Notes: generated from the sequence alone by a model not told the origin. Numbered from the stretch's first letter, positions 14,350 to 27,100 are shown. The stretch: DNA of 64,000 nucleotides from Camelus dromedarius (GCF_036321535.1 NC_087438.1:808001-872000), one strand, 5' to 3'. Made by a program: numbers and translations.

Positions 14350-14540
14350 ATAGCCAGACGGTTGGAGAGATGACAGCTACAGAGACAGATGACAGGTACT
14401 GGGTAAGCAGGTACAATATGGTCGGTGGGTGGGTGGGTGGGTGACAGATAGCTGGGTGACAGATGGTAGGTGGATAGACGGGTAGACTGATGGGTGGCTG
14501 TGTGGATGACAGGTGGACAGACAGTGTGACGGGTGGACAG
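14350..14540. repeat. Low-complexity GGGT/GGAT/GACA tetranucleotide tract
   Basis: gggtgggtgggtgggtgacagatagctgggtgacagatggtaggtggatagac and similar. Confidence 0.7.
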
Positions 14541-14899
14541 TGTCCTTCAAAATTTGTTTGTTGCTGTTTTAACCCCCAGTTTTTCAGAATGTGGACTTAT
14601 GTGGAAGCAGGGTCCTTACAGAGAAAATCAAGTTAAAGTGAGGCTGTCAGGGTGGGCCTGAGCCCAGGGTGACTGACGTCCCTGGGGAAAGGGCCAGAGA
14701 CACATGCAGGGAAGACGTGAAGTCACGGGGAGAAGGCCGCCAGCCACGGCCCACGGGTAGCGTCCTGGACCCTCTCCCAGCCCTCAGAAGGGATCGCCCC
14801 CGACCCCCTGACTTCACCTCAGAACTTCCAGACAATGACCCTGCTGTTGAAGCCCCTCGGCTTGTGGCACTTTGTACGGCGGCGGAACAAACCAGTGCA
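14535..14899 (+). mobile_element. MaLR solo LTR (MLT1B/C-like) in SLC6A3 intron 3
   Basis: tgtccttcaaaatt..ttaacccccagt..tcagaatgtg..agggtccttacagag..aatcaagttaaagtgagg..gttgaagcccctcggcttgtggcactttgtacggc follows the MLT1 consensus order. Confidence 0.8.
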
Positions 14900-14995
14900 G
14901 ATGGACGGACGGATAGCTGACCGAGGAGAGACGACAGATCAACAGGGGAGTGTTTCATCTTTTCTACCATTTAGCACTTTGACCAAATAACATCA

Positions 14996-15403
<408 letters not shown>

Positions 15404-16663
15404 TCACTGCGGCTGCGGCTGCCCTGCCCGGCACGCGCTTGGGCATGGCCATTTTCACCCCAGGGCCCTGTCCCTGTCTCTCCCTGAAGCTCCTGTGTGT
15501 CCACCCCACAAAGGAAAGTTGCAGCAGGCATGGGTGAGCCTCCTGACCCAATGCCTGGCCTTGCGGCCATCAGCGCCCCGACACCCCCTGCTGTGGTCCC
15601 GGGCACCTCCCACCCCGAGTTACAATTCGTGCGTGGGAGCAGATGACCAGAGGACGCTGCCGTCCCTTCCCCACCTGCCGGGGGCCCGCCCTCGGCCCCT
15701 CCCTCTCCCCTGCACAAACGTCTGCCCTCCCGAGTAGTGATTCCTCTGGGATCCGACCCTGCCTGGGGGCTTTCATTCATCTTGAGCCCTGAGTTCAGAA
15801 CCCAAGCTCTCTGGGGGCAGGAGCTGCCCTGGGGGCTGGAGACTCTCCAGGGAAGCAGCCAGTTCCTCATCAGATCACCAACGTCAGGGGCCCACGGGCT
15901 CAGCCTCCTTAAGCCCTCTTGCTCTGTCTCAGATGAAGGGGGCTTTGCACAGCTCTCTTCCGGGGAGGGGGAGTCCAGGAGATGTCTTAGGGCAACTTCT
16001 GTATTTGCTCAGGCCTCAGTCTTCTCCCCTCAGGTTGGGGACAGTAATGCCCACTGGCTCACAGGCGCACTGGAAGGCACCCCACCCCAAGGAGGCCTCC
16101 AGAGGCCCTCCGATTGTGCGGCAGGGCTGGCTGCCCAGCGGCAGCATTCGGGGAACTCACAGGAACCTGGCACCAACCCAACTGGCTTCTCAACTTGAAT
16201 ATGTTGGGCGACCCTGTGCCACTTCTTAGTTTTCTGCCTGGGGTCCAGACATCCTGGTTCTAGAACTGGTTGTTCAGGGACTGGGGGGAGCACGGGAGGG
16301 AGACAGGCACGTCTCTGGTGCATCTTGGCTACTCCAAGTTCAAGGGCCTCGGAGCACTTTGCAGACACTGGTCAGTTGGCCAGGTACCATTCTTTGGGCC
16401 TTTGAGGATTTTCTTTCCCAGAGTGAAATCATCTTTGGAAACAGAAGCAGAGCCAAGTGCCTCTGACCACCAGCCCCTGCTTCTGCTTTCCTGGCCTCGG
16501 TGTCCTCGACTGGAAAGAACAGACAGGCCACGAGATCCCTGAGCCCCACATCCACCCGGGGAAACCTGCACCCTGCTGACGCTACGCTTCTCCAAAGCCC
16601 TTCCTCCAGCTGCCCCCTGGCTCCAGCCCCAGGGGAGTGCACGGGGAGGGTAGCACGACTCAC

Positions 16664-16949
16664 CCCCGCCGTTTTTGTAGCACAGGTACGGAAACCGCCA
16701 GACGTTGGCCAGGTCCACGGCAAAGCCAATCACGGAGAGGAGGAAGTCGATCTTCTTGCCCCAGGTCTCCCGTTCCTGGGCCTCCTCGGGGGTCTGCGGA
16801 GGGTTGACGAGGGTGGAGTTGGTGAGCTGCACCCCATTTTGCTCCTTGACCAGGACCAGTTCCACCGCCTTCGGGCCGGTGGCATTGGGCTCCTTAGCGG
16901 GGGCCACGGCAGAAGACATCAGTGCAACAGAGCATCTGCTTTGACTCAT
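16664..16949 (-). CDS. SLC6A3: Dopamine transporter exon 2 coding part from the orthologous ATG (286 nt; N-terminus and TM1). The exon starts at 16992 and an in-frame upstream ATG lies at 16982.
   Basis: [95 protein letters not shown](G) has the SLC6 signature with the monoamine Asp and a DAT-type N-terminus. Donor G|gtgagt, acceptor ctgaag|ACCAAGAG. Confidence 0.98.
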
Positions 16950-17806
16950 GGGCGACCTGGACTCGGGAGTGCGGTGCGCCATCGCTCTTGGTCTTCAGCC
17001 GGCATGAAAATGAACACACACAGGAATGTAGTGGTTTAGCAGCCAGGACGGCGATGCGCCGGTGGCCTGACGGAGAGTAAGGCTTTCACAGCTGCTGCTT
17101 CGGAGCAGAACAAACACATTCCAGGCCCCTGAGAGGATGCAGCCAGGGATGGGGCTGCTAGGACTGGGCCAGCCCTCCTGGCAGGGCTGGGAGATGGGCT
17201 GCGGAAGCTCGGGACAGACACCTGCTCTGCGCCCTCCTCCCCCGGCGCCCTCCCCATTCCTATCAAAGTGCAAGGCTGCGTAATCTCGAATTTGGTTTTA
17301 ATCATAACACAAGATGTTACCTCCACCCTCCCCCACAGTGCCAGGCAACAATGTTACAATCCTCGAAGAGTATTCAACAGTGAGACGCCACAACCGTACA
17401 TATGGGTTCTTTATAGTTGGCGACGAAAGTGAAGAGCAAAGTTTTAAAACTAACGTCAGCCACAGGAACTCAGTGATTTAAAGTAACAATGACAATGCTT
17501 TCCTTCAAGGAGCAGCTGCACCAACCCTGTCTGCCTGTGGCCCCACCTGGACGTACCTGGTGAGAGCTTCCTGCCAGGCTGCACCTGAGCATTTATAGGA
17601 CTAGCTCCTGAACTAGCATCTTTACCAGGGAAATTGGCTCTGAGTTATGTTCATGAAACTCTGGGGACTTTAATGCAGGAGAACAGAAGAAATTACACAG
17701 TCACAGCCAAGAGCAGGGGGGGCCCTAAAGGCCAAGGGCAGCTGCAAATATACTTCTTCCGGCATTTTGTTTCAACTCTACACACTCGTGCATGCGTGCA
17801 TGTGTG

Positions 17807-17810
<4 letters not shown>

Positions 17811-17844
<34 letters not shown>
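17811..17844. repeat. (CA)17 microsatellite in SLC6A3 intron 1
   Basis: Perfect CA run. Confidence 0.95.
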
Positions 17845-17846
<2 letters not shown>

Positions 17847-18818
17847 AGCAGAAGGGAGCAGGACGGCAGCAGTAATGGGGTAATTTTCCTCTGCATCCAA
17901 GTTTGAACAAAACTCAGAGCACACGACATCTTCTGTGCAGCTTCTCCGTGACAAACCCGGCAGCACTTTTCTAGGGTGAGTGAAGAGGCCCAGGAGGGGC
18001 TTCACCAGAGGAGAGGGTGGGACTGGCTGGCTGTGGGGTCTGCTTGGGGAGGGATGGACTTGAACTGGTGGCAGATCACAGCCTTTTTGCTCTGACAGCG
18101 GCCCTCGCAGGCGCATTGAGGACCTCCTCCCGGGAAACCCCAGGCTGGGCATTTGGGGTGAACCCACACACTCCTGAAGCCGCCACCTCAGAGGCCAGGC
18201 TCGGGCACAGAAAGCAGAACGTGGTTCTGAGGAAGCTTGGATCTGCACCCAGAACAGAAACGGAGCTCCGGTCCTTCCCTGCAGGCAGCCTGGACAGCCA
18301 GCAACCCCGTGCCCCACCTCATCTCAAAATCAAAGACCAAACCCTGCAAGAGGCAGCAGCTGCCTGGGAAAACCACCCGCGCTGGGTCTGGGGCCGCTCG
18401 CCCGGGCCGCCTCGCCCTGCGCTGCGTCTGGCTCAAGGGCGGAATCAGCCACAGCTGCCGCCCCCGAGTCCACGGCCCGGAAGCCTGGGGCAGCCGCCCC
18501 CTGCCCGAACCGCTCCCCGCCTGGGGCAGGGCCGGGCCGAGGGCCCACGAGGGGCGCACACCAGCCCCGCACCCCCTCTTGTGTACACGCCTCGCGGCCA
18601 CAGATCGCCTTAAGATCGCCAATGGCACTGATGCGGGGCGCTGTGCACCTCAACTGTTGGCCACTTTTGGAGACGCCGCCGCCTGCGGGATGTGGCACTC
18701 CCGACGGCGCCCGCCCCTGCCAGGCGCTCCTCGGCCGAAGCCTTCGGGATCCGAGTGGGGAGCGGCGCCCTCGAAGGATGTGCGGGGGACGCCTGCGGAG
18801 GGAGCGGCCCGGCCTCAC

Positions 18819-18880
18819 CTGCGTGCCCGGCCTTGGCTCTGCCTGGGATCCCACCGCCGATCGTCCACCAAAGCTCCTTC
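18819..18880 (-). other. SLC6A3: SLC6A3 non-coding exon 1 (5' UTR); 5' end approximate
   Basis: Donor GCAG|gtgagg at 18819/18818, preceded by AGCCAAGGCCGGGCACGCAG, resembling the human exon-1 end as recalled. Start inferred 25-30 nt downstream of the TAAGA box. Confidence 0.75.
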
Positions 18881-18900
18881 TCTGGTCCCTCACAGCTCCG

Positions 18901-18960
18901 GGCTCTTATCTTGTCGCCGGGCCGCCCCGCCCGCCAACGGGGGCGCCCACCCGCCCTGGC
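18901..18960 (-). promoter_or_regulatory. SLC6A3: SLC6A3 core promoter: TATA-like GATAAGAGCC element plus Sp/KLF GC boxes
   Basis: Minus strand GGCGGGCGGGGCGGCCCGGCGACAAGATAAGAGCC, with GATAAGAGCC at 18910-18901, as recalled for the TATA-less DAT promoter. Confidence 0.7.
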
Positions 18961-20374
18961 TCCGCCTACGGGCCGCCCTGGGTGGGCGGGGGACGAGCTC
19001 GGCCCCGCCCCTGCACCCCGCCCCCGGGACCAGGACCGCAGGGTCGAGGCGGCGGCGCCAGTCCGCTGCCAGCAGCGCGCTCTGCCCGAGGCCTTGTGCC
19101 TCCCGGAGCCCGGGGCGCGTGGCAGCGGGAGCACCTCTGGGTCCCAGGCCCCGAAGGACCCAGACGGGAGGTTTTCCGTCTCCGCCCCACCTCGCCTGCA
19201 TCCCCCCAGGGCTGCCTTTGGGGGCTGCCTCGGCCCACCCACCGCTCCGCCCAGTGAGGCCCGGGAGGAGCCGCGGGCTGCGGGAGGGAGCTGGGCAGCG
19301 GGCGCGCGGGATCCCGCCGAGCGGAGCCGGTCTTGCCGATCCCTCCCCCGTGCTCCCACCCCCCACCATGCTGTCCCCAGACATTTTCTCCACTGTGGCC
19401 GCCCCTCCCGACGGCTGGCGCCCTGGGGACGTCTCCCGACCTGCGATCTTGCTCTCTTACTTGGAGTTGGAGGGGGAGCCAAGCGGCCAGGATGCCAGTC
19501 CGGTGCCTGGTGTCCTGTCCTGTTTCTAGCTGATGACACGACCCCTGCCCCTGCCCGGATGGACGGACTCAGACCCCGCCCAGTCTGGCCATCTCTTCTC
19601 CCACTGTGCACCCAGGTCTCTGGGCGTCGAGGTACCAGATTGTCGCTTGGATCTGGGCTGCGGAGACTTGGGTCCTTCTGTGGCCACGTGAGCAGGGCCT
19701 GGTCTCCGTTCAGCTCGGGGCAAGGAGCAGAGGGTCCCCGTGCATTGCCACATCGAGTGCTAATGGATTGGAACCAAGGGGCAGGAGTCACACTCGCTCT
19801 GGAGAACGATTTCTGTGGACGGGCCTGGTGAGCCCGGCGTCAGCACCGGCTCTGGGAGGAGACTGACTGGAGTCTTTGCAGAGACGCCCCTGGCAGGACT
19901 GGGCCCTCACCACACAGCGGAGTGGCGTCCTCCGGCCACCAAGCCGGCCCAGGACCCTCAGGTGCAGACCAGCATCAAGGTAGGTAGGTGGCTGTTCTGG
20001 CTCTGCACGTCGAGGGGGGCCTGGCGACCAAGCCTGGGGCAGTCACCTCCCCACCCCGACCCCCACGTATGCTTTGATTTTCTCGCTGTGCATTTGCTGC
20101 GAGGCGGGGCCCACATGTGTCCCCACTCTCCACCCTGCTCAGCAGTGTCACAGATGCAGTGTCCCTCTGCCAGGGGTCCACAGAGCACCTTGGCTTCTCG
20201 TGCCCCGGCCTCCCACCACCTGGGCCTTATCCTGAGGCCACACCTCGCTGCCTCTCCCACAGCCTCCTGACTGGGGCGGGGGGGCTGGCACCGGGGGGAG
20301 CTGGCAGGGACTGCTCTTCCAGGCTGCGGGCTGAGTGAGGACCCCGCGGGGGAGCCCACGACCCAGTGCCTCGG

Positions 20375-20630
20375 TCCCTCTGGCCGCCGTAACACATACC
20401 ACGGACTGGGAAGCTTAGGATAACGGAAATCTATGTGGCAGTGCTGGAGGCTGGAGGTCAAGTCCTCATGTGGCAGAAGGGACGTTCAAGTGCTCTGGGG
20501 CGCCTGTTACGAGAGTATCGGCCCCGTTCCTGGGGACCCAGTCCTCGTGACCTCCCAGGGCCCACCTTCCAGCACCGCTGCACGAGGGTTAGGATTTCAA
20601 TAGACATTTTGGGGACGCATACTCAGAGAA
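20375..20630 (-). mobile_element. MaLR LTR relic (MLT1/MST-like)
   Basis: ggccgccgtaacacataccacggactggg..gctggaggctggaggtcaag..gggttaggatttcaatagacattttgggga matches a reverse-complement MaLR LTR. Confidence 0.7.
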
Positions 20631-21539
20631 GTGACAGGGGTTTCAGAAGATGGTGGCGAGCCACCTTGCATCTGCGCTGCCCCAGGGGCTGTCACAGCAG
20701 GCTGCCTCTCCCCACACTGCTCCTCAGTGTGGGTTTCAAGGAAAAAGAGCAGCCCTGCATTTGAGGGGCAGGAACACAGGGCGGGAGGGGCGAGCTCTGC
20801 CATACGTGCTGAAAGCACACACACTGGACGGAGACACCTGGGGAGGAGCTGAGTCCTGGGAGCAGCCGAGGCCCCTGCCCAACGTGCAGGAAAGAGAGAG
20901 CGGGGGTCGGGGGAGCACGGCAGGGCAGCCTCCCCGTCCAGGTGCAGCGTGGACCCAGTGGAGGATGTTGGCCTGGGCACAGGTGAGACAAGTGCAGCCT
21001 GGGCCCTCCAGCCCTGCTGACCCCCACCTCTAACCGCGACTCAGAGGAGCCCTGGGGGTGTTCGTGACCAGGGAGGTGTGCTGGCAGCCTGGCTGCAGGA
21101 GAGAGATTGCGAGCCGCCTGCTCCATCAGAACCCTGTGGTTAAGAGCTGGTTAAACCACAGCCTTCGAGCTCTTGGAACTTTGCCCCAGACTTGTCCTCA
21201 GCATGGCTGCCGTGGGCTGGGAGCCCTGGATGGGTGAAGGCAGAACTCAGGGCATCATCCTGCTCACCCTCAGGGCAGTTGCTCACCGTCTGGGGGGACT
21301 GGCTGCAGCTGCAGAGCTGGGGGAGGGCCGGCGGGGCAGGTGGCGGGAGAGTCCCGGGAGAGTCCCCTCAATTCCAACCAAAGTTCTAGCTGGCTTTTTT
21401 GAAGTTGGTTCTAAAATGTGTATGGACCTAGTGGAGCCAAAACAATGCTGGAAAGGAACAAGACTGGAGGACATAGGAAATGTCTTGTAATCCCAACATC
21501 CCAGCAAAACATCTTATCTTCTGTCGTTATCTTGCCATT

Positions 21540-24500
21540 TGTGTCCTTGCTTCACAAACAGCTTTGTTGGGTTGTGACTGGTGTGCAACACACTGCACAT
21601 GTGTCAGGTGCACTATTTGGTAAGTCGTCTGTGTGGCCCCAGAACACGCTGAGGGCACCTCTTGCACTGTCCTCTTGCCCCTGCGTAGTCTGCCTTTGCC
21701 CACCCCAACCCACAACCGCTCAACTGCCCGCTGTCAGTTCGCTCATTCTTCCTAGAACTTTATGTAAATGGAACTGTTTGGGGATCTTTTCTCTTCCACT
21801 CAGCCTATTTGAGATGAATGTATGTTGTTGCACAAGTCAGTGCGTTCCTTTTCAGTGCTGAGTAGTACTCCATCACATAGATAGAGCGCAGTCTATTTAT
21901 CCATCCACCTGCCGATGGGTGTTGGGCTCTTACAAGTAAAACTGCCGTGAATATTTGCACATGAGTCTTTGCAAGGTGTGTGTTCGTTTCTCCTGAGTGG
22001 AGACTTACTTGGGCAACGGCTGGGTCATTTGGTGGATGTATGTTTACTTGCTATTAAAAGCTGTCAAATTGTTCTGCCAAGTGGTTGCACTTTTGACATC
22101 TCCACAAACAGGCTGTGAGCTTCCATTGCTCCATGTCCTCCTCAGCACTTAGCATGGCCAGTCTTTTTAGTTTGAGTCTTTCTAATAGGCGTGTGGTAGT
22201 GCCCCATTTTCCCAGTGACCAGCGTGTCTTGGCTGCTGTTCACGTGCGTGGTGCCATCAGGGTAACTTCTCGACTAGTGTATGTTCAAATCTTTTGCACA
22301 TTCAAGTTGTTTGTTGTATTATTACTGAGTTTTGAGTGTTCTTTGCCTGTTTTAGATGTACGTTCTTTCCACGTCTGATGGCTGCTTTGTAAACATTTTC
22401 CCCCAATCTTATAGTCTTTTCATTCTCTTGAGTCTTTTGAAGAACAGAGTTGCTCATTTTGATGAAGTCCAACTTACTGATTTGTTCTCCTTTATGAATC
22501 CTGCTTAAATTGAGACACTTTTACTTAACCCGACGTCACAAACATTTTCTCCTGAGTTTTCCTTTGAGAGTTTTAAAAATTTAGGCTGTACAGTTACGTA
22601 TATGATTCATTTTAAATTAACCTGGTGTAAGGCAGAGATCAAAGTCCTTCTCTTCACATGTGAATGTCCAGTTGTTCCAGCATCATTTGTTGAAGAGACA
22701 CCCTTTCTCCTTGGAGCGGCCTTGGCACCTTTGTTGAAAAATCATGACCATATGCTGAGGGTTTGTTTCTGAGGCCTCTGCTTCGTTGATCTATTCATTT
22801 ATGATCGTCGGTGCCATTGGCTGGCATTTTGGTGCCAATACCATGCTTTCTGCGGATGAATTGTGTCCAGCATGCCCTCACCCCTAACGTGACTGTCTGG
22901 AGGTAAGGTCTGCAGGAGGTCATTAAGGGTGAATGAGGTCATCAGGGTGGGGCCCTATTCTGATAGGACTGTGGTCTTCCACGAAGAGGAGCCCCTCTCC
23001 TCTCTGTCTCTGTCTCTCTCTTTCTCTGCTGCGTAAGGACACAGCCAGACCGCGTCGGTCTGCGAGCAGGGAGAGAGCGCATGCCGGAAGCCGGACTGGC
23101 CAGTATCTTGATCTGACGCAGCCCCAGGACTAAGCAGAACTCAGTCTCTGCCGTTTGAGCCCCCAGCCGGTGGTGGTTTTTGTCATGGCAGGCTGAGCTG
23201 ACTAGTGCACCACCGTCATGGTTACTGTGGTTTCTAACACCCCTTCAGGTCAGGGGATGTCTTTCAAAGTTGTTCAGGTTATTCTAGGGCCTTTGCATTT
23301 TTATGCAAATTTTAAAATTAACTTTCCAATTTCCATGCAAAAAAGCCTGCTGGGATTTCTTCAGGTGGAGGCGCTCATTGACTTGTGACCGTCACTCTTT
23401 TTTTCCTTCTTATCCTTTTTCAGTTTAGACCTTCAGTGCTATTAGTCCCCCGCAAGCTCTGCTGCAGCTGAATTCCATACAGTTGATACATTGTTTTTGT
23501 TTTCAGTCAGTTAAAAATTTTTAAATTTCTCTTTTGCTTTCTTCTTTGACCCACTAGTATTTATACATGTTAATTAGTTTCCAGATATTTGAGGGCTTCA
23601 CGAGTGTTTTTCTTTATTTTATTCTTCTCTGAATGTATTTCTTGCGTTGATGTCTAAGTGGTTTGCCTCTTCTGAGAGACCATACTTCTGTCGCGTGGGT
23701 CCTTGTAAGCTCATCGCGACTCACTTTATTGTTCAGAGCATGGTCACGCTTGGGAAGGTTTTCTCGTGCTTTTGAAGAGACCGTGTGCGCTGTTACTGCT
23801 GGGTGAACGCTGTGTAACCCTCGCAGAGGGCAAGTTAGTTCGCGTTGTTTCCCTGCAAAGCCCCCGCCCCCTTGCCCGCTTGGTCGCGGTCGCGGGGAGA
23901 GGCGCCGACAGCTCTGTGCACAGGAGGGCGGGCGGCCTCGTAAGGCCTGTGGTTCCGTCGTCTTTTCTTCATTCACGTGGAGGCTCGCTGATGTGTCTTA
24001 GGGCTGTGTCTCCTGGGGCCTGAATTCTTGTCGTGAAATGACCTTGCTCGGGCCCGCTAACCAGCTCTGAGGGACGCTCACCCCTCCTTCTTCTGATGGC
24101 GCGGGTGCCGCCCTTCTCCTTTGGCCAGCTGGTGTCCACCTGACGCCTGCTCCTTGTAGGCCTCGTGTGCTCGGGTCTCGCTTTTGTATCCGGCCTGATG
24201 ATTTCCGCGGATCACTGAGGCCGTCCGACCGTGTGCGGCAGGTGCGGTGCTGGCGCGGCTGGGTGGAACGCACCGTCTGCTGCAGTGCATCCTCTCCCCT
24301 GCACCACCACCGCCGCTGCTGCCCTTCAGACTGAGGGTTTTCTTCTTGAGTCCCACGTTCTCCCCACTTTGTTGGACCCTTAGCTACACCTCTCTGTCGT
24401 GTTATTTTGGTGTCTCCTTCAAGTGGCATCACACTGCTGCATACGTCATTAGGACACACGAGGGGCACTCTGTTTACCGCTCCTGCCGCCTTGCCATTGC

Positions 24501-27100
24501 TGTCCAGGTGCCATGAGCCCCAGAACACACCACCCGCTTTGCTTTGGACAGTCAGTCATTGCTGAAAGAGACCTGAGTAATGCAGGAAGCCGTGTTGACA
24601 GCCGCCCTTGTGACTGTCGTGTCTGCGCCCCCTCGCCCCCCGTGTGGATCCGGATTTCAAAGTGGAGTCACTGCCCTCCTGCCTGAAGGACTCGCTTTCA
24701 CACTGTGCGGTGAGGCCTACTGGCCAGTGGTGTATTCTTTCAGCTTTTGTGTCTGGAAACATCTGTATTCCTCTGTCTTGAAAGGTATTTTTGCTGGGTG
24801 AGGATTCCAGGCTGGCTGTGCTCTTTTCCTCTGCAGACTCGGCAGACGCTGACTTCTGGCTTCTGTTGTCTTTGAAGAGAAATCCGCTGTGTCTCCCTGT
24901 TCTTCTGTGTGAAGTGTGTCCTTTTCCTCTGGTTTTTGGCTTTCTCTTTGTTTTAAGCAGTGGGTTTCGATGCACCTGATGTAGTTTCCTCCACGGCTCT
25001 TGTGCTTGGAATTCACTGAGCTCCTCGGATCCACGGGTTTACAGTTCATGCCGCATCTGGGGAAGCGTTTCTTCGCATACTTCTCTGTTCGCCCTTTCCC
25101 TGTGGGAGCCGCGGCAGCGCGTGCGTCGGGGGGCGTGAGGCCCCGCAGCTCGCTGGGGCTCAGCTCAGCTGCTTGTCTCTTTTCTCTGTGCTGTTCTGAA
25201 TAGTTTCCACTGCTGTGTCCTCACGTGCACTTGCTGTCTCTTCTGTGGTGTCGAATCCACCCTCAAGCCCAACCCGGGCAGCTTGCGTTGCAAACATCAT
25301 GGTTATCATCGACAGAGTCTGCGTGTGTGCTATTTAAAAGACACCTTTCACGTCTCAGCCAAGCACCGTCGATCTCGCTCCTAGCGGGCTTTTGAACGAG
25401 AGGGGCCCAGGTATGCTGCACAGGGACTATCAATGCCATGGCCAGACTCACTTCTGGGTCTGGCTGTGTGGCCTATGGGTCTTCTTTCCCGCTTGTCTTG
25501 CCTCCGGTGGCCTCTGGCTGGGTCTGAGGGGTTGTAAGCTTTCCTCTCTGGGTGCTGGACGGCTGTGTTCCCCTGAATGTTCTGGAACCTTGGGCCGTAG
25601 GTTAGTTGCTCCCAGAGGGTTGGTTGTCCTTTCAGGTCTTGCCTCTAAGCTTTGTTTGGCGGGACTGGAGTTGGGTTTGGGTTTGTGGAGGGGTTACTTT
25701 TTCTTCACGACTCAGGCAAACCCCTCTGCGTTTCCATCTGTGACCTCTTTTGGGACGAAGGGCGAATCCAGTCTCTGTTTTGCCATCTTGACTAGAAGCA
25801 AAATTGTGGACCAGTTCACTCTAAGTTTAAAAGAATTACCCAGAGCCAGAGCGGCCCTTGGCAATCACGGGGCAGAGGCTGGCCGCGCTGCAGCCCTGGC
25901 GCTGCTCTGCCCCCGGGCGGACACCTGCCGGCTCCCTGTGCGGCTGGCGGGCTGGGGAGCCCGGTCCTGCCCCTGGAATGTGGGGAGCTTCGTCTCAATG
26001 AGGGAGCGTACTTCGTGTGATTTAAACATTTTAAGATGTCTTGAAATTTACTCTCTAGCCAAGCATAGAGTCTGATCAACTGCTTTATATGCTCGTTTAA
26101 TGGCCATTCAATGTGGTAAACGGCATTGGTCACATTTTCCATATAATTGTGTTTCTTTCCCTGGTGGTTCTACTGATCACGGAGAGAAGTGTGTTAAAAT
26201 CTCCAGCTCTGCTGATTTGTTTATTTCTCCTTTTCATTCCACCCCTGTTTGCTAAATGTATTTTAAGCTGTCGCGAGGGACGCGCGCCTTTAGCTGGACT
26301 GAACCTTCTATCGCTCAGTGTTTGTCTACACTGCGATTCTCCTCGTCTTAAAGGTCACTTCGTGTGGTTTAATCTTGCTACACCAGCCTTTTTGTGGTTA
26401 CGTCTGCATATTATATTTCCCCCCTTTTTTTAAACTTTCAGGGTGTGTTTAAACGGCGTGCAGCCGGGTTGATGGCTGTGGCTCAGTCTGGCCTCGCAGC
26501 TGTCGTCTAGGAGTTTTAGTCTGTGTTTCGTGCAGTTACTGGCAGGGCTGGATTCAGGTCTTCCCTTTGCTGATCAGTTTGAGTGAAATTATAATTTTAA
26601 AAATCCCATTTTATTTCTACTATTGGCTTATTAGTCATAACACTACGTTTTTATTGTGTTTTCTCTGGGAGACTTAATACATTTTTACCCGTGCACCATC
26701 TGCCTTCAAATCGCACTAGCCCCTCTGCACAGCCTGCTCTCCACGTGGGCTCCTCTTAGCCTGGCCCCGTGATATGCCCCTTTTCTCTGCCTGCTTTTGT
26801 CCTTTTTTTTTAAATTGCAGTCTAGTTGATTTATTCTCTGGCTGCTTTCACTGCCAGTGACTCCCAGGATCTTCTGTGACCTGCTTCGCTGCGTTTCAGT
26901 CACGATTTTCCTGCTGGGCTAACTAAGCTGCCTGGGTGTCTGTGCTGATAGATCTCTGGCCAATATTTTGTCCAGTATTTTTTCTGTCCTGACCTCCCCT
27001 CCGCTGGGACTCCAGTCGCCGTGGCAGGACGCTTGGTGTTTTTTCAGTCAGGTCTCCTGTTGGTCTGTGCTTCACTGGGGCGGCGCGTTGCCCCGCACAG
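21540..27100 (-). mobile_element. Cluster of ancient LINE-1 (L1M) fragments filling the intergenic gap
   Basis: T-rich strand with reverse L1 motifs: cattttgatgaagtccaac, ccagttgttccagcatcatttgttgaagaga, ttgaaaggtatttttgctggg, gagagaagtgtgttaaaatctccagct. Several pieces, edges approximate. Confidence 0.8.
22853..23209 (+). mobile_element. MaLR solo LTR (MLT1A-like) nested inside LINE-1
   Basis: tgaattgtgtcc..cccctaacgtgactgt..gaggtcatcagggtggggccctattctgataggactg..cttgatct..gtcatggcaggctgagctgactagtgca. L1 sequence resumes on both sides. Confidence 0.8.

Larger units (their letters stand above)
18150..19500. promoter_or_regulatory. SLC6A3: CpG island over the SLC6A3 promoter, exon 1 and start of intron 1
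   Basis: Very high GC and CpG density by eye with multiple GC boxes. Edges approximate. Confidence 0.85.

Noticed and set aside
16329..16663. C-terminal tails of exon-containing ORFs (also 14993-15222 and 30772-31270)
   Set aside because: These are read-through into introns past clear splice sites.
16878..16886. N-A-T sequon in the DAT N-terminus
   Set aside because: The N-terminus is cytoplasmic, so it cannot be N-glycosylated.
18237..19831. ORFs of 379-430 aa over the DAT promoter
   Set aside because: They overlap on both strands in a CpG island depleted of stop codons, have GARP-rich composition and show no recognisable homology.
19838..19860. REST/NRSE-like TCAGCACC upstream of the DAT promoter
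   Set aside because: Only the left half-site matches; GGACAG does not follow.
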